Assembly (NCBI GenBank): GCA_963422365.1
Contig: OY729426.1
Coordinates: 1,696,001 to 1,760,000, forward strand
From: Nitrospirales bacterium
GTDB taxonomy: Bacteria; Nitrospirota; Nitrospiria; Nitrospirales; UBA8639
Length of the DNA: 64,000 bases
Reading direction: 5' to 3'
Position numbers and translations under genes: made by a program. Position 1 is the stretch's first letter, and the number at the start of each line of letters is the position of its first letter. The notes below the pieces were generated by a model that saw nothing but the letters and a program-made list of their open reading frames with translations, searched no databases and was not told the origin of the DNA. This document shows, one piece after another, positions 22,641 to 33,507 of the stretch.

Positions 22641-22871
22641 AGGAATCACTGGCGGCTGTGTGTGGGGCAATGCCGTGGGATATTGTAGCAGCGCATCTCA
22701 TGCGCTGACGGGCACTAAACAATTAGGAATGAACAATAATGGGATAGGAATCTCCCTCTTCCTTTGGGATGGAGAGGGGTTCGCAGTACAATTATTTTAC
22801 TCTGGATTCCCGTCTCTGCTGAAAACATGCAGGACAAGCTTTTCCGGGAACGACGGATAGGGGAGGGTGTC

Positions 22872-23525
22872 ATGAAAAAAGTGGCTGTCATTTTATCGGG
22901 CTGTGGATTCTTGGATGGAGCGGAGATCACCGAAGCCATCAGCACGTTGGTGGCGATCGGACAGCAGGGTGCCACGTATCAATGTTTTGCGCCGAATAAA
23001 GACGTGGCGGAGACCAATCATTTAACGCAACAGGCCACGGGCCAGAAAAGAAATGTCCTGCAGGAGGCCGCCCGTATTGCGCGAGGGGAGATCCGACCGC
23101 TGGAAGCGCTCAAGGCGCAAGACTTCGACGCTCTGGCGTTTCCCGGTGGATATGGGGCCGCGCTGCATTTATGTGATTTTGCGCAAAAGGGGAGTGGGGG
23201 AGTGATTGATCCCCAGGTCCTGCGAATCGTGAAAGAATTCCATGAAAGCCAAAAACCCATTGCCGCGATTTGTATTGCTCCGGCCATCATGGCGTTGGCC
23301 TTTGGCGAGCAAGGCGTGAACGTGACGATTGGCGAGGATCACGGAACGGCGTCGGAAGTCGAAAAAACCGGGGCCAAACATACCAACTGTGCGGTCGAAA
23401 CATTCGTCGTGGATACGGCTCATAAGGTGATCACTACGCCGGCTTATATGTACGGGACCGCGAAACCCCATCAAATCTTTGAAGGCGTAAGCGGCGCCAT
23501 CGCCGCATTGATGAAGATGGCGTAA
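22872..23525 (+). CDS. elbB: ElbB/ES1-family (DJ-1/PfpI) glyoxalase
   Basis: MKKVAVILSGCGFLDGAEITEA, EAARIARG, FPGGYGAA, AICIAP, TTPAYM. Confidence 0.9.
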   Translation: MKKVAVILSGCGFLDGAEITEAISTLVAIGQQGATYQCFAPNKDVAETNHLTQQATGQKRNVLQEAARIARGEIRPLEALKAQDFDALAFPGGYGAALHLCDFAQKGSGGVIDPQVLRIVKEFHESQKPIAAICIAPAIMALAFGEQGVNVTIGEDHGTASEVEKTGAKHTNCAVETFVVDTAHKVITTPAYMYGTAKPHQIFEGVSGAIAALMKMA

Positions 23526-23557
23526 TGCCATCAGTAGACTCTCAATAGGTTGTCCCT

Positions 23558-23583
23558 GTAGGAGCACGGCGTGCCGTGCCCTA
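23558..23583. repeat. GTAG-type REP-like palindrome
   Basis: GTAGGAGCACGGCGTGCCGTGCCCTA: GTAG head plus GCACGGC/GCCGTGC stem. Confidence 0.55.
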
Positions 23584-23608
23584 AGATGGCGTGATGATCT
23601 GGTGCTTT

Positions 23609-23884
23609 CTACTTTGACAATGCCTTATGCGTCGGTGGCGGGGCTGGTACGCCGGTGAGCATGCCGAGAGCGCTGAGGTCCTCATCAATATCTGGCCAAT
23701 GCACCCCTTGCCCTGTCCCGATAATCTCAAAGTGCTGACGTTGCACTGGGGTCGCATTGGATAAACGCCATGACCACGCCAGAGGGACGCTGACCGTGCG
23801 GCCATCTTCGATCTGCGCGATAATAAGGTCGTCAGTCACCTCTACCTTCATAATCCGTGGTTCGTTACTCGCTACAATGCTCAT
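23609..23884 (-). CDS. DUF2442-family protein (putative antitoxin)
   Basis: DGRTVSVPLAWSWRLSNATP.QR..FEIIG.G.GVHWPDIDEDLS. Confidence 0.88.
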   Translation of the reverse strand: MSIVASNEPRIMKVEVTDDLIIAQIEDGRTVSVPLAWSWRLSNATPVQRQHFEIIGTGQGVHWPDIDEDLSALGMLTGVPAPPPTHKALSK

Positions 23885-24104
23885 GCCACTCCTCCATGAT
23901 GTATTCTTGAAACTCCAGAATGATCGCCCTGATACGGTTCAATTCACGTGGTGAAAATCCATGATTCGTACTGAACGCGACTGGCTCCAGCCAAAACTTA
24001 TATGCCATTCGTTCTCGACGTATGTGGACATGCGGAGGTTCATGACAGTCAAAGCTATAAAAGAAAAAACGGTAGGGGCCTGGGATAGTGGGAACGGTTG
24101 GCAT
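23865..24104 (-). CDS. DUF4160-family protein (putative TA partner)
   Basis: MPTV..GPYRFFFYS.D..EPPHVHI...KFWL; overlaps the DUF2442 gene. Confidence 0.88.
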   Translation of the reverse strand: MPTVPTIPGPYRFFFYSFDCHEPPHVHIRRERMAYKFWLEPVAFSTNHGFSPRELNRIRAIILEFQEYIMEEWHEHCSE

Positions 24105-24272
24105 GTCATCTGCCTTGTAAAGATGCCATGAACGCAAAGCCTATGATTCACAGTATACTTGGTCTGTTCTCGGAGAGTGATTTGTTCCTAACATGTTACG
24201 CGAAAAAATGACATAAGGGTCTTATGCGTGGGTGAGGCCCGCCGGCAGGTCTTGAACCCTTGTGCATCGTCG

Positions 24273-27200
24273 TCAGTTATTCATATCCAGAAAATCAAAT
24301 CGGCCGGCACGGAGCAGGTTCTCACGGGCGCGTTCGGCGTTCGCGCGTACGTGTTCATCGCTGCTTTCAAGGCCAGCGTTCAAGATGGGTTTGGCCTCCT
24401 CTGTTTGGATGTCGATCGTGTCATTTTTGAGCCTATCTGTAATCTTGGCGAAGCATTCGACGACCTTTTCGGTATGGGTTGGAAGCATTGTATGTAATGC
24501 ATCGAGTTCGGCAAAAACGTCCGCATCGGGCGCAACGGGTACGTCCAGAATCCTGGAATAAGCAGCCAACCGCCATTCGGGCTCCAGACATTCGGCTTTG
24601 AGCCAATAGGTAAATTTTCGAAGCTCCGTCGGTTCTCCAGCCGTAAGCCGCCATTCGAAGAACGCAATAGCTCTATTTTTTAAGGCATCATCAAGATTCT
24701 TCACGCTGAGGCCCACGTGATGAAACAACCTTGCCCAACGCGCACAGTCGCCGTTCGTCTTTTGGTAATACCGTTCAAGCAGGCTTTCGTCTCCCGTGAG
24801 CGGATACACGTCTCACAAATAATAGCTGAACAGATGCCGTCCGAGTCTGTCGGTCAAATCTCTGTCAGCATGCGGTGGCTTGTTGAAATCGGTCAGATGT
24901 TCCAATGCAAAATCAAAGTCGCTGCGAAGAATTTCAAAGATCGGCTTGAACGGACGACTATAAGAGATAAAGGTATCAAATGCCGCCAGCCATGCGGGCA
25001 AGTCATTCTGGGGGAAAAAGTCCGACTTGTGCTCAGTCGCCCATGATTGGTCGAGGCTAAAAATGCGGCTATAGTCTACGCCTAAAATGGCATACTCCGG
25101 CAACATGAGCGGGTATTCCGCTTCCGCGTTAAAACGTTTTTCAAGAATGGAAACAACCTCGGCGACTTCTGCATCGGCATCGTGCCTTCGCACCCAGAAA
25201 CCGAAATTGATCAGTGCTTGCAGTGCACGACTTCTGGTCTTGTTGATCGCTTGGTCTAACAGGTCGTTGTGGATCAACAGCACTCGGCTATCCTGATCCA
25301 GTTCCCCATCAAATTGCGCACACAGCAGTTCCAGAAGTGTAGAGAGTTGTGCCCGATTGGAAACAGGTACATTTTCCTTGAGGCAGGTTTCGACAAAATC
25401 AATGACGGCGCGCCGTGCGCTATGCCAATCTGGGTTTTCCTTGAATTCATCGCTGGTTCGAACGCCTTTCTCGTGCTCTTGGTTGGGGCGTGAAAGTACC
25501 CATTCGCAAAACGTCAACCATTCGTCGAGCCTGTCAAGGTTTTTTGCCTTAACACACTCCTGCATACCGTTGATCATCATTGCCACATAGATGGGCCGCT
25601 CGATCCGTTCACGATTTTTGATCCAGAAATCGAGCCTGCCGGCTTCCGGGATGATCGATTCCTTGAAGACGGTCTGAAACGCTTTGGCAAGTGCCCGAAT
25701 GGTAATTTGTATAATTTCTACTGCCCTGTAGTCCCCCATGTTGTCGTGTTCTTCCTGCCATTCGTTGATGTAGGCAAATAATTCTTTATCTGAAAGGTTT
25801 GCGAGGTCCTCAGCAGATTGTGGGCTGCGATGAATGATGGATTGCTCTCTTATAGGAGATGGTGGATAGTCTTCATCAGAAATCGGTTTGTCGTCTTCAA
25901 CATCCAATTTTTGGACGTAGGTCAGATATTCGCCGAACAAGAGGGAGGCAAAAGGCCTGAGTTGCCTTCGATGAAAATGGCACTGGCATTGCTGGAAATC
26001 CTCTTCGGTGAATCGTTCACCCATGAACTCTTGGGAACGGGTCTTTGATGGACCGATAAGCACGGTATCGAAAATCCGTGTCCGATCTTCTTCCGTGAGC
26101 AACGTTGCGCCGAAGCGCTCACAGGCGCAGCGTATCATCTTTTGAAATTCGTAACGATGCTCCCATTGGGCGTAATCCCCATGTGCGAGAATCATCTCTC
26201 GAATCCATGGCTTGGTTTGCTCGTTCGGATGAAGTGCATAAAGGTGTTGCCGCAGGCGTTTGAAAATCTTCCATCGTTGATTGCGCAGGGCTGTGTCCAG
26301 TGCTGAGACCGATTCAGGAGATTGTTCATAAACCTGCTCGCAGGCGAAAGTCAGTGTACGAATAAACACTGCCTCAGAGCACTGGGGATTGCTCTCCTCC
26401 TCAACAAGTCGAGGAGGCCATACGTCAGAGAAGAGTTTGTCTATGCCCTTGTCAGTAGCGGCATCAATGAGGAGACGGGCAACATTGTATGGTTCCTTCT
26501 CTGCGAGGGGACGAACACCCTCGTCCAATATTTTCTGATATGCGCATTCGTCGAATCGGGGAGTTGGTTGAAGGATCATCTCCCCTCTTTCAGGGGTTTC
26601 TTGTCGTCGTGCCTGTTTTTCTTGTGATTGAGGGCCGGGTACAAACTGAACAAGTGCCTTTGAAAGTTCCAATGCGGCTGATGTTTGATTGTCTGCCGCC
26701 CAATGGGCTAACACCTCCGCGTATCTGTGTGCAGAGAATTGATATTCTATGCCCGCATATTCAAGCATTTTCGGCTTAAGTTTCGCGGATTGTTCGCCGC
26801 GGAGCCGCAGTGCAATATCCAGAATATCGTTGTAGACCCTTGGGTTATCGACTTTGGGAAGCTGTGATACGATTTTAATAACTTCATCTGGCGCATGATC
26901 GGAAATTGCTGCCAGATAACAAAGCGGCCACCACAAAGGTAAATGTGCCCTGCCGTCACCGGTTGGCTCCACGTTCGGCGGATGGGCGAAATAGCCTTTC
27001 TTTTTGAGGATAGGTAGCCATGTGGCATCGGCGTTCTCGGTGACTCGGCTGAAAAAGAAAGCAAAATTCGCTCCCCTGCTCTCAATCAGGGCAAGCATTC
27101 GTTTTATATCACTTTCAGACCTATCGGAACGTTTTAAGATTGATTGAATCTCATTTTGATTTTGCGCGGTTATGGGGGCCAGAAGGTCGATTATTATTTT

Positions 27201-27758
27201 TTCCAGTGTTTCCAGGTACCGTTCAAAGTCCTCGATATCCGGTGCAATGTTGTGGTGCGCAAAGCCTTCTAATTTTTGCCACAGGCTGTGTAAGCGATCC
27301 CGCTTTTCTTCTCGAATCCTGCTGTCCAATTGGTCACCCATTGGGTCAATATCGGCTACCACCCGCTGCATCTGTTCTCTCCGAGTTGGTTGATGATTCC
27401 GCTCAACATAGCGTTCGACTTTCCGAAGTGTCTCGTCGAGGTGATTGTCAATGACTTGACCTTCCCAGCCTTCAGGGTAATGCTCTTTATCTTTCAACAG
27501 GCGTGTGTCTATCTGGCGTCGCATTCCCGCAAAGTCAAACGCTGTACTCTGTGCATCCATTGTCCGCACGATTCGCGGGAGTTTTTCAACAAGCTCTCGT
27601 AGCGACTGCGCTGCCTGGGAGACGCGATCAGGGTTGTGATAGTTATCCAGCGCATAGAGCGCGCTAAGATACCAATCGCTTAGTGGGTATTCTGCCGTTT
27701 CCTTACCCCTTAGCGTTTCTAATACCGCTCGCTGTAGGGGGGTTAGAACCAACGGCAT
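24273..27758 (-). pseudogene. Large (~1161-codon) hypothetical protein interrupted by one in-frame TGA at 24813-24815
   Basis: ORFs 24813-27881 and 24273-24809 are in the same frame: ...FSYYL*DVYPLTGDESLL...; likely start MPLVLTP at 27758, just after the hsdS stop. Confidence 0.7.
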
Positions 27759-27787
27759 TGGCTGATTTTGACTTTGGATTCCGTGTC

Positions 27788-29125
27788 TCATGCTGGAGCA
27801 AACGCTTTTTTCAGGACGGCTTGTAAGAGGTGATCTGCGTGGCTGCGGGAACGGCCGATTTCGGCTTCCATCTCGTGGCAAAGCGTCATCAGTGCTTCTA
27901 CTCGTTTCACAATAGCGGCTTGCTCGGCGAGGGGTGGGAGGGGAATTGGCAGTTTTCCTACCTTTCCTGTGCTCAGATTGTACAGACCAGTCGAAGTTTT
28001 AGCCTGGCTCTCAATCAATTGACGCCCGTCTGGCGACAAAAACCAGTAAAGGGTCCACCGAGCGATCTTCGGCTCTCTAAAACGTACCTTTATCACGTGA
28101 TTCTGATGCACGCATGGAGCAACCGACCCATCCCACAGAGCAACCCGTCCGACTTGGTTGCGGCTACCATTTCCTTCGACAAGCAGCAAGTCGTTCTCTT
28201 TCAACAAAACCCTTTCTATTTCTGAATCAGTAACGCCAATTTCTTGCAGGTTGGTAAGCTGTAGGCGATTCGCATAGACGTTTGCTACTCGGAGATACGG
28301 CATAATGAGTTTATGTGTACCTCGTTTTGCGGCGTTCTTTGTCAGGCCGCCCATCACAAGCCCGAGGTCAGCCACACAGTACCACTCCCACTTATCAGGA
28401 ATCTCGAAAGGAATTTCATCAGGGGCAATTTCAGGAAGCGGCTTTTCCTTTCGGAGTTTCTTTTCGGCGATGAGGCGGGCTTTCTCGGTCCGGATGCGGT
28501 GAAGAAGTTGACCGGCGGGTTCCACGTCCGGGTTAGCGGCCCGCCAGTCAGCGGTCAGTTTGCCCTGTATCGCTTCCTGCAGGATGGCTTGCTTAAGTTT
28601 GGTGACGAGGGTTTCTTGGCGGGCGATTTCGGGGTTGGCTACGGCAATGCCTGACCGTGCCTTGTTAATCTTTGTGATGAGATGACGTTGTTGCGGCAGT
28701 GGCGGGAGATTTAACTTGAATGCTAGAAAGAAGTCTTCCTCAATCCGCTTGCGATTGGTATTGCCACGGCTCGCTTTAATACACGCATCGAGAAACACTG
28801 GCGACTGTAGAAAGACGTTAAAAAATTCATGTTCGACTTCATCTTCATTGACGTCGAAGGCGAGAAAGTCATTGGTCACAATCGCGCCGTCCAGCTCTTT
28901 CGAGATGATGCCGAAAGCCCCGTTTCGAGCATCAATTCGGCTGAGAATGAACTGGCCAGTCGCGACACGCCACTGATTCTTAGTCCCAATCTCTGCTCCC
29001 GTTTTGGTGCCACGAAGAACGACTCCCTTGTAATTTGTACGGATCGTGACCTGCTTGTAGATCACGTCGTCTTGGACCGTCACCGGCGTTTTGTGTCGTG
29101 TGAGGATGTCACCGATTCGTTTCAT
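27788..29125 (-). CDS. hsdS: Type I R-M specificity subunit
   Basis: Two TRDs with conserved LPPLPQQ, LKQAILQEAIQGKLT, PFEIP..WEW, PLPPLAEQAAIV. Confidence 0.93.
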   Translation of the reverse strand: MKRIGDILTRHKTPVTVQDDVIYKQVTIRTNYKGVVLRGTKTGAEIGTKNQWRVATGQFILSRIDARNGAFGIISKELDGAIVTNDFLAFDVNEDEVEHEFFNVFLQSPVFLDACIKASRGNTNRKRIEEDFFLAFKLNLPPLPQQRHLITKINKARSGIAVANPEIARQETLVTKLKQAILQEAIQGKLTADWRAANPDVEPAGQLLHRIRTEKARLIAEKKLRKEKPLPEIAPDEIPFEIPDKWEWYCVADLGLVMGGLTKNAAKRGTHKLIMPYLRVANVYANRLQLTNLQEIGVTDSEIERVLLKENDLLLVEGNGSRNQVGRVALWDGSVAPCVHQNHVIKVRFREPKIARWTLYWFLSPDGRQLIESQAKTSTGLYNLSTGKVGKLPIPLPPLAEQAAIVKRVEALMTLCHEMEAEIGRSRSHADHLLQAVLKKAFAPA

Positions 29126-29126
29126 T

Positions 29127-30527
29127 TCAGGAGATGTATTCCTCCTCCACTGCGGTGAGTGCGTCGTTGATTCGCTCCATTGATTTGCGGAATTCTATCA
29201 GGCATTCGACGACACTGAGGCCTCTTTCCTCCACAATGGAGTTCGGATTCTTCACGTCCAGATCAAGCCCGGTCTTTAAGTCTTTCACCTTCACCCGCCA
29301 CGCCACGTCGTTTTCCTGCCGCTTATTCCACCACGCAATCAAGGGCGCGAACTCATCGAACCGGATGGGTTTGGTTTTGGAGTAGCTTTTCTGGCCCTCC
29401 GGCAGCCGGTGCTCGTAATACCAGATTTCTTTGGTCGACACCGTGGCTGGATGGAAGGTGGACTGTGGCAGGCGAACGATGGTGTGGAGATTGCAGTCGA
29501 TCAGGAGCTTTTCGCGGAGGCGCTCTTTGTACCCGTCTCCCGTAATGGAGCCGTCGGGGAGCACGATGGCACAGCGGCCACCGGGCTTGAGAAGCCGGAT
29601 CATCAGGATGATGAACAGGTCGGCGGATTCCCGGCAACGGAAGGCTTGCGGAAAGTTCGTCTCCACTCCTTCGGCGATGCTGGCGCCGAATGGTGGATTG
29701 GCCAGGATGACGTCCACTTGCTGCTTCGGACCAATGGCGTTGTATTCGGTCTTGAGACTGTCGCGATAGTGCCAGTCCGGTACGTTGAGGTCGTGGAGGA
29801 TGAGATTGGTGAGGCCAAGGACATAGGCGACGGGTTTCAACTCCCAGCCGGAGATGGATTGCTGCAGGACGGCCTCGTCGTCGAGAGTACGGACGTCGTT
29901 CTCGCGCACGTCGTCAATGACCGCGGTCAGGAACCCGCCGGTGCCGGCGGCAGGATCGAGGACTTTTTCCCCAAGCGTGGGTGCGGTCATCCGCGTCATG
30001 AGTCGGGTGATGGCGCGTGGCGTATAGTATTCTCCCTTGTTCCCTGTGTCGCGCAATTCGGTGAGGATGGACTCATAGACGGTGCCGAAGATGTGGCGAT
30101 CAGTGGATTTGTTGAAGTCGAACCCGTTGAGTTGGTTGATGACTTTGCGCATCTCGAAGCCGGACTTCATGTAGTTGTTTGAGCCGTCGAAGACCTCGCG
30201 CACGAGGGCGGCACGCTGTGGCTCGTGAACAGCCTTGAGTTCCTTCAAGGCGGCGAAGAGTCCGTCCGCTGGGTGGTCAATGAAGAGGATCAGTTCCTCG
30301 CCGGTCATGCCCTCGGGGTTCGCGGCCCAGTTACGCCAGCGGAATTTTTCAGGGATGACGGAACGGTAGCTGTCGCGGATGAGTTCGAGTTCCTGGTCTT
30401 TTTCGTCCAGGATTTTCAGAAACAACATCCAGCCGAGCTGTTCGAGGCGCTGGGCGTCGCCGGAGACGCCGCGATCCTGGCGCATGATGTTACGGACGTT
30501 TTTGATGATGGACGAGATCGTTGACAC
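29127..30527 (-). CDS. hsdM: Type I R-M N6-adenine methyltransferase
   Basis: GEYYTPR, VLDPAAGTGGFL, ILANPPFG. Confidence 0.93.
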   Translation of the reverse strand: MSTISSIIKNVRNIMRQDRGVSGDAQRLEQLGWMLFLKILDEKDQELELIRDSYRSVIPEKFRWRNWAANPEGMTGEELILFIDHPADGLFAALKELKAVHEPQRAALVREVFDGSNNYMKSGFEMRKVINQLNGFDFNKSTDRHIFGTVYESILTELRDTGNKGEYYTPRAITRLMTRMTAPTLGEKVLDPAAGTGGFLTAVIDDVRENDVRTLDDEAVLQQSISGWELKPVAYVLGLTNLILHDLNVPDWHYRDSLKTEYNAIGPKQQVDVILANPPFGASIAEGVETNFPQAFRCRESADLFIILMIRLLKPGGRCAIVLPDGSITGDGYKERLREKLLIDCNLHTIVRLPQSTFHPATVSTKEIWYYEHRLPEGQKSYSKTKPIRFDEFAPLIAWWNKRQENDVAWRVKVKDLKTGLDLDVKNPNSIVEERGLSVVECLIEFRKSMERINDALTAVEEEYIS

Positions 30528-30539
30528 GATGCGCTTTCG

Positions 30540-32927
30540 TTAGGCGGCTTTGTAGAGGTGCGTGGTGAGTTCGTGAATGGCTTGATCGTAGGCCGGTTTG
30601 CCGCCGAAGGCACGGATGATCTCCGGCGCGGTGCCGAGGTGCTTGATAGGGTCCAGCGTGATGATGGCTGGGTTCTCCAGGTCGAGCGGGCCGGCATCGG
30701 CATACTTGTCGAGAAGGCTATCCATGACCTGCCGCGCAAGATCGCCGTATTTCGTGAAGTAGTTGCGCTTGCGCACGTTTTCGGCGCGCTCTCGGCGGGT
30801 GAGCGGTTTCTGATCGTAGGCGATATGGCAGATCAGATCGAACGGGTCGAAGGCCGCGCCAACGTCATCTTGCAATGCGGCGAAGATGACGCCGTGATTC
30901 TCGAGCTCTTCGACGACGACGTGCTTCTTGTCGGCCTGTTTCCATGAGTTGAGGAAGGAATCGAGTGAGGCGTAGGTGGCGCGGACGTTCCTGCGGGTGT
31001 AGTCGCGCAGGTTCTCGGTGATGATTTTTCCGTCAGCGCCCAGGTATTGAACACGTTCCTTGATGATCGTAACCTCGACGCCGTTCACGATCACTTTGCG
31101 CCCGGTCTGATAGCCGCCAGGGTCTTCACGTATATGCAAACCACCTGCCGTTGCAGGGTCTGGAAAATCAATCGTTTCTCCGCTCAGAGCGCCCAATATC
31201 GATGTCTCATCAGCTTCATTGTCTGCATCTGAAATATCATCATATTGGGCGACTTCCTTGACGCGAACAGGGGTACCGTCAAAGTCTTTGTCGGCGAACA
31301 GCGCGGTGACGTTACGGAAATCCATGACGGTGAAGTAGTGCTTGCCGAAGTCTTTGTTAATTCTGGTGCCGCGACCAATAATTTGCTTGAACTCGGTCAT
31401 GGAGCCGATATTTGAGTCGAGGACGATGAGCTTACAGGTCTGGGTATCCACGCCGGTGGTCATCAGTTTCGAGGTGGTGGCGATAACCGGACAGCGTTCA
31501 GTAGGGTTCATGAAGGAATCAAGGTGACGCTTGCCCTCCTCGTTGTCTCCGGTGATCTGCATCACGTATTTGCTGTTTTCTGAGACAAGATCGGCGTTCG
31601 CATTAGCCAGTTCCTTGCGCATTCCTGCGGCGTGTTCGATGTCGACGCAGAAGACGATCGTCTTGGCAAAGCGATCGCTGCCTTTGAGAAACTCCGTCAT
31701 TTTTTGTGCCACGAGACGGCGACGCTCTTCAACGACAAGATGTTTGTCGAAGTCGATGCGATTGTAGATGCGGTCTTCTACGATATTGCCGTCTTTGTCC
31801 TGGAATCCTTTTGGTGGCCGCCAACCTTCGGCGTCGATGTCTAAAGTAACTTTGATAACCTTGTAGGGGGCAAGAAAGCCATCGTTAATGCCCTGCTTGA
31901 GAGAGTAGGTATAGAGCGGGTCGCCGAAATATTCGGAACTGGAAACCTCTTTGGTTTCCTTGGGGGTGGCGGTGAGACCAATGTGCGTGGCGCTGTTGAA
32001 ATATTCAAGGATTTCCCGCCATTTACTATCTTCGTGGGCACTGCCGCGGTGGCATTCGTCCACGATAACGAGATCAAAGAAGCCCGGGCTGAACTGTTTG
32101 TAGGCGTCTTCGCCGTTGTTATCCGAGAGTCCTTGGTAGAGCGCGAGATAGATATTGTAGGCGGTATCGATCTGCTTGTGTTTGACGACGGTCATGGCCT
32201 CTTTGAAATGGCGGAAATCGCCGCGCGCCGTCTGGTCGATCAGTGCCGTGCGGTCGGCAAGAAAAAGAATGCGTTTCTTAGAGCCGCTTTTCCACAGGCG
32301 GTAGATGATCTGGAACGCAACGTAGGTTTTTCCTGTACCCGTTGCCATGACAAGGAGATGGCGGTTGTTGCTCTCGCCTTTGGCAACGGCCTCTACTGTA
32401 CGGTTGACGGCGATTTGCTGGTAGTAGCGGGGAGATCGTCCTGAAGCATCGATAAAGTAATCTTGCGAAACGGTTCGTTCGGCAGTACTCGGGATCTTCT
32501 TGAAGGTCTTGTATTTTTCCCAAAGCCCTTGAGGAGATGGGAACGCATCAAGTGCGAGTTCGGTTTCAATTTCTCCGGACGTGATGGTGCGGTCGTGAAA
32601 CAGGAAGGCGTCACCGTTGCTGCTGAAGACGAACGGGAGATCAAGAATCTCGGCGTACTCCAACGCTTGCTGGATGCCTGCGTTGACTGAGTGGTTGTTG
32701 CCCTTTGCCTCAATGACGGCGATGGGAACGTTCGGTTTGTAATAAAGAATATAGTCGGCCCGCTTTCGATCGCCGCGGGTATGGATTCTCCCCCGGACCA
32801 GGATACGTCCGTCTGTGAAGTTGACTTCTTCACGCACCTGGGTCTGGACGTCCCACCCGGCTGCGATGAGATGAGGCGTGATGAATTTTGTGCAGATGTC
32901 ACGCTCGCTGAAGGATTTTTTATTCAT
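30540..32927 (-). CDS. hsdR: Type I R-M restriction subunit (EcoAI/EcoEI-like)
   Basis: SERDICTKFITP, RADYILY..IEAK, MATGTGKT, DECHRG, FKQIIGRGTR, EcoEI-type C-terminus. Confidence 0.95.
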   Translation of the reverse strand: MNKKSFSERDICTKFITPHLIAAGWDVQTQVREEVNFTDGRILVRGRIHTRGDRKRADYILYYKPNVPIAVIEAKGNNHSVNAGIQQALEYAEILDLPFVFSSNGDAFLFHDRTITSGEIETELALDAFPSPQGLWEKYKTFKKIPSTAERTVSQDYFIDASGRSPRYYQQIAVNRTVEAVAKGESNNRHLLVMATGTGKTYVAFQIIYRLWKSGSKKRILFLADRTALIDQTARGDFRHFKEAMTVVKHKQIDTAYNIYLALYQGLSDNNGEDAYKQFSPGFFDLVIVDECHRGSAHEDSKWREILEYFNSATHIGLTATPKETKEVSSSEYFGDPLYTYSLKQGINDGFLAPYKVIKVTLDIDAEGWRPPKGFQDKDGNIVEDRIYNRIDFDKHLVVEERRRLVAQKMTEFLKGSDRFAKTIVFCVDIEHAAGMRKELANANADLVSENSKYVMQITGDNEEGKRHLDSFMNPTERCPVIATTSKLMTTGVDTQTCKLIVLDSNIGSMTEFKQIIGRGTRINKDFGKHYFTVMDFRNVTALFADKDFDGTPVRVKEVAQYDDISDADNEADETSILGALSGETIDFPDPATAGGLHIREDPGGYQTGRKVIVNGVEVTIIKERVQYLGADGKIITENLRDYTRRNVRATYASLDSFLNSWKQADKKHVVVEELENHGVIFAALQDDVGAAFDPFDLICHIAYDQKPLTRRERAENVRKRNYFTKYGDLARQVMDSLLDKYADAGPLDLENPAIITLDPIKHLGTAPEIIRAFGGKPAYDQAIHELTTHLYKAA

Positions 32928-32990
32928 GCAGCCATTGTCAAGACAGGTTCCGCCATGTAGCGTGCCTCATTAAGGGGAACTCACTTTACC

Positions 32991-33096
32991 GTCGTTCCCA
33001 CAAAGTAGACAAAATCATCGTTCGGCTTGTCTGGATTCCCGCCTTCGCGGGAATGACGACACGTCGCTCCCACAAAATAGGCCAAATCGTCGTCCG
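32991..33096. repeat. ATTCCC-N8-GGGAAT palindrome between imperfect ~34-bp direct repeats
   Basis: GGATTCCCGCCTTCGCGGGAATGAC flanked by GTCGTTCCCACAAAGTAGACAAAATCATCGTTCG and GTCGCTCCCACAAAATAGGCCAAATCGTCGTCCG. Confidence 0.6.
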
Positions 33097-33507
33097 ACGG
33101 CCAGTCACGTCAATCCGGCGGTAACAGAGAAGGTTGGTTACGTTCGGCGTGCACCAATTTTCTCATGGGTTTCGCCTCAAAATCGTTGCTGCGGGTGAGC
33201 AAGCTAAGTGAGTAGTATACCCTAATCGCGAACCTAAGTCAGACAGATTGCGAGGTAGTCTCATAGAAATACCTTTTATCAGCCGGCTCCCGAGCTGCGG
33301 GCCTCATTCGTGCCTGCTATAATTTCGGACAATCGTCTTCCTGTCGATCTTCCGCAAAGGCCGAGTGGCCAGCCGAGGGCGTCGGATAGCTTTCGTGTGA
33401 ATTGAATCCATCTATCCTTCCTCCTCCATCGCATTCTGCTGTTACTGCAGTGCGGAGTGACCGTCACCTATGTCACCGGGCTGGATAGGAATCGAAGAAA
33501 ACAGACA

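Noticed and set aside
24813..24815. In-frame TGA as selenocysteine or an alternative genetic code
   Set aside because: Many intact genes here end in TGA; no redox-motif context or evident SECIS; a TGG to TGA mutation is simpler
32991..33096. Imperfect direct repeats as a CRISPR remnant
   Set aside because: Two divergent copies around a known-type palindrome; no cas genes
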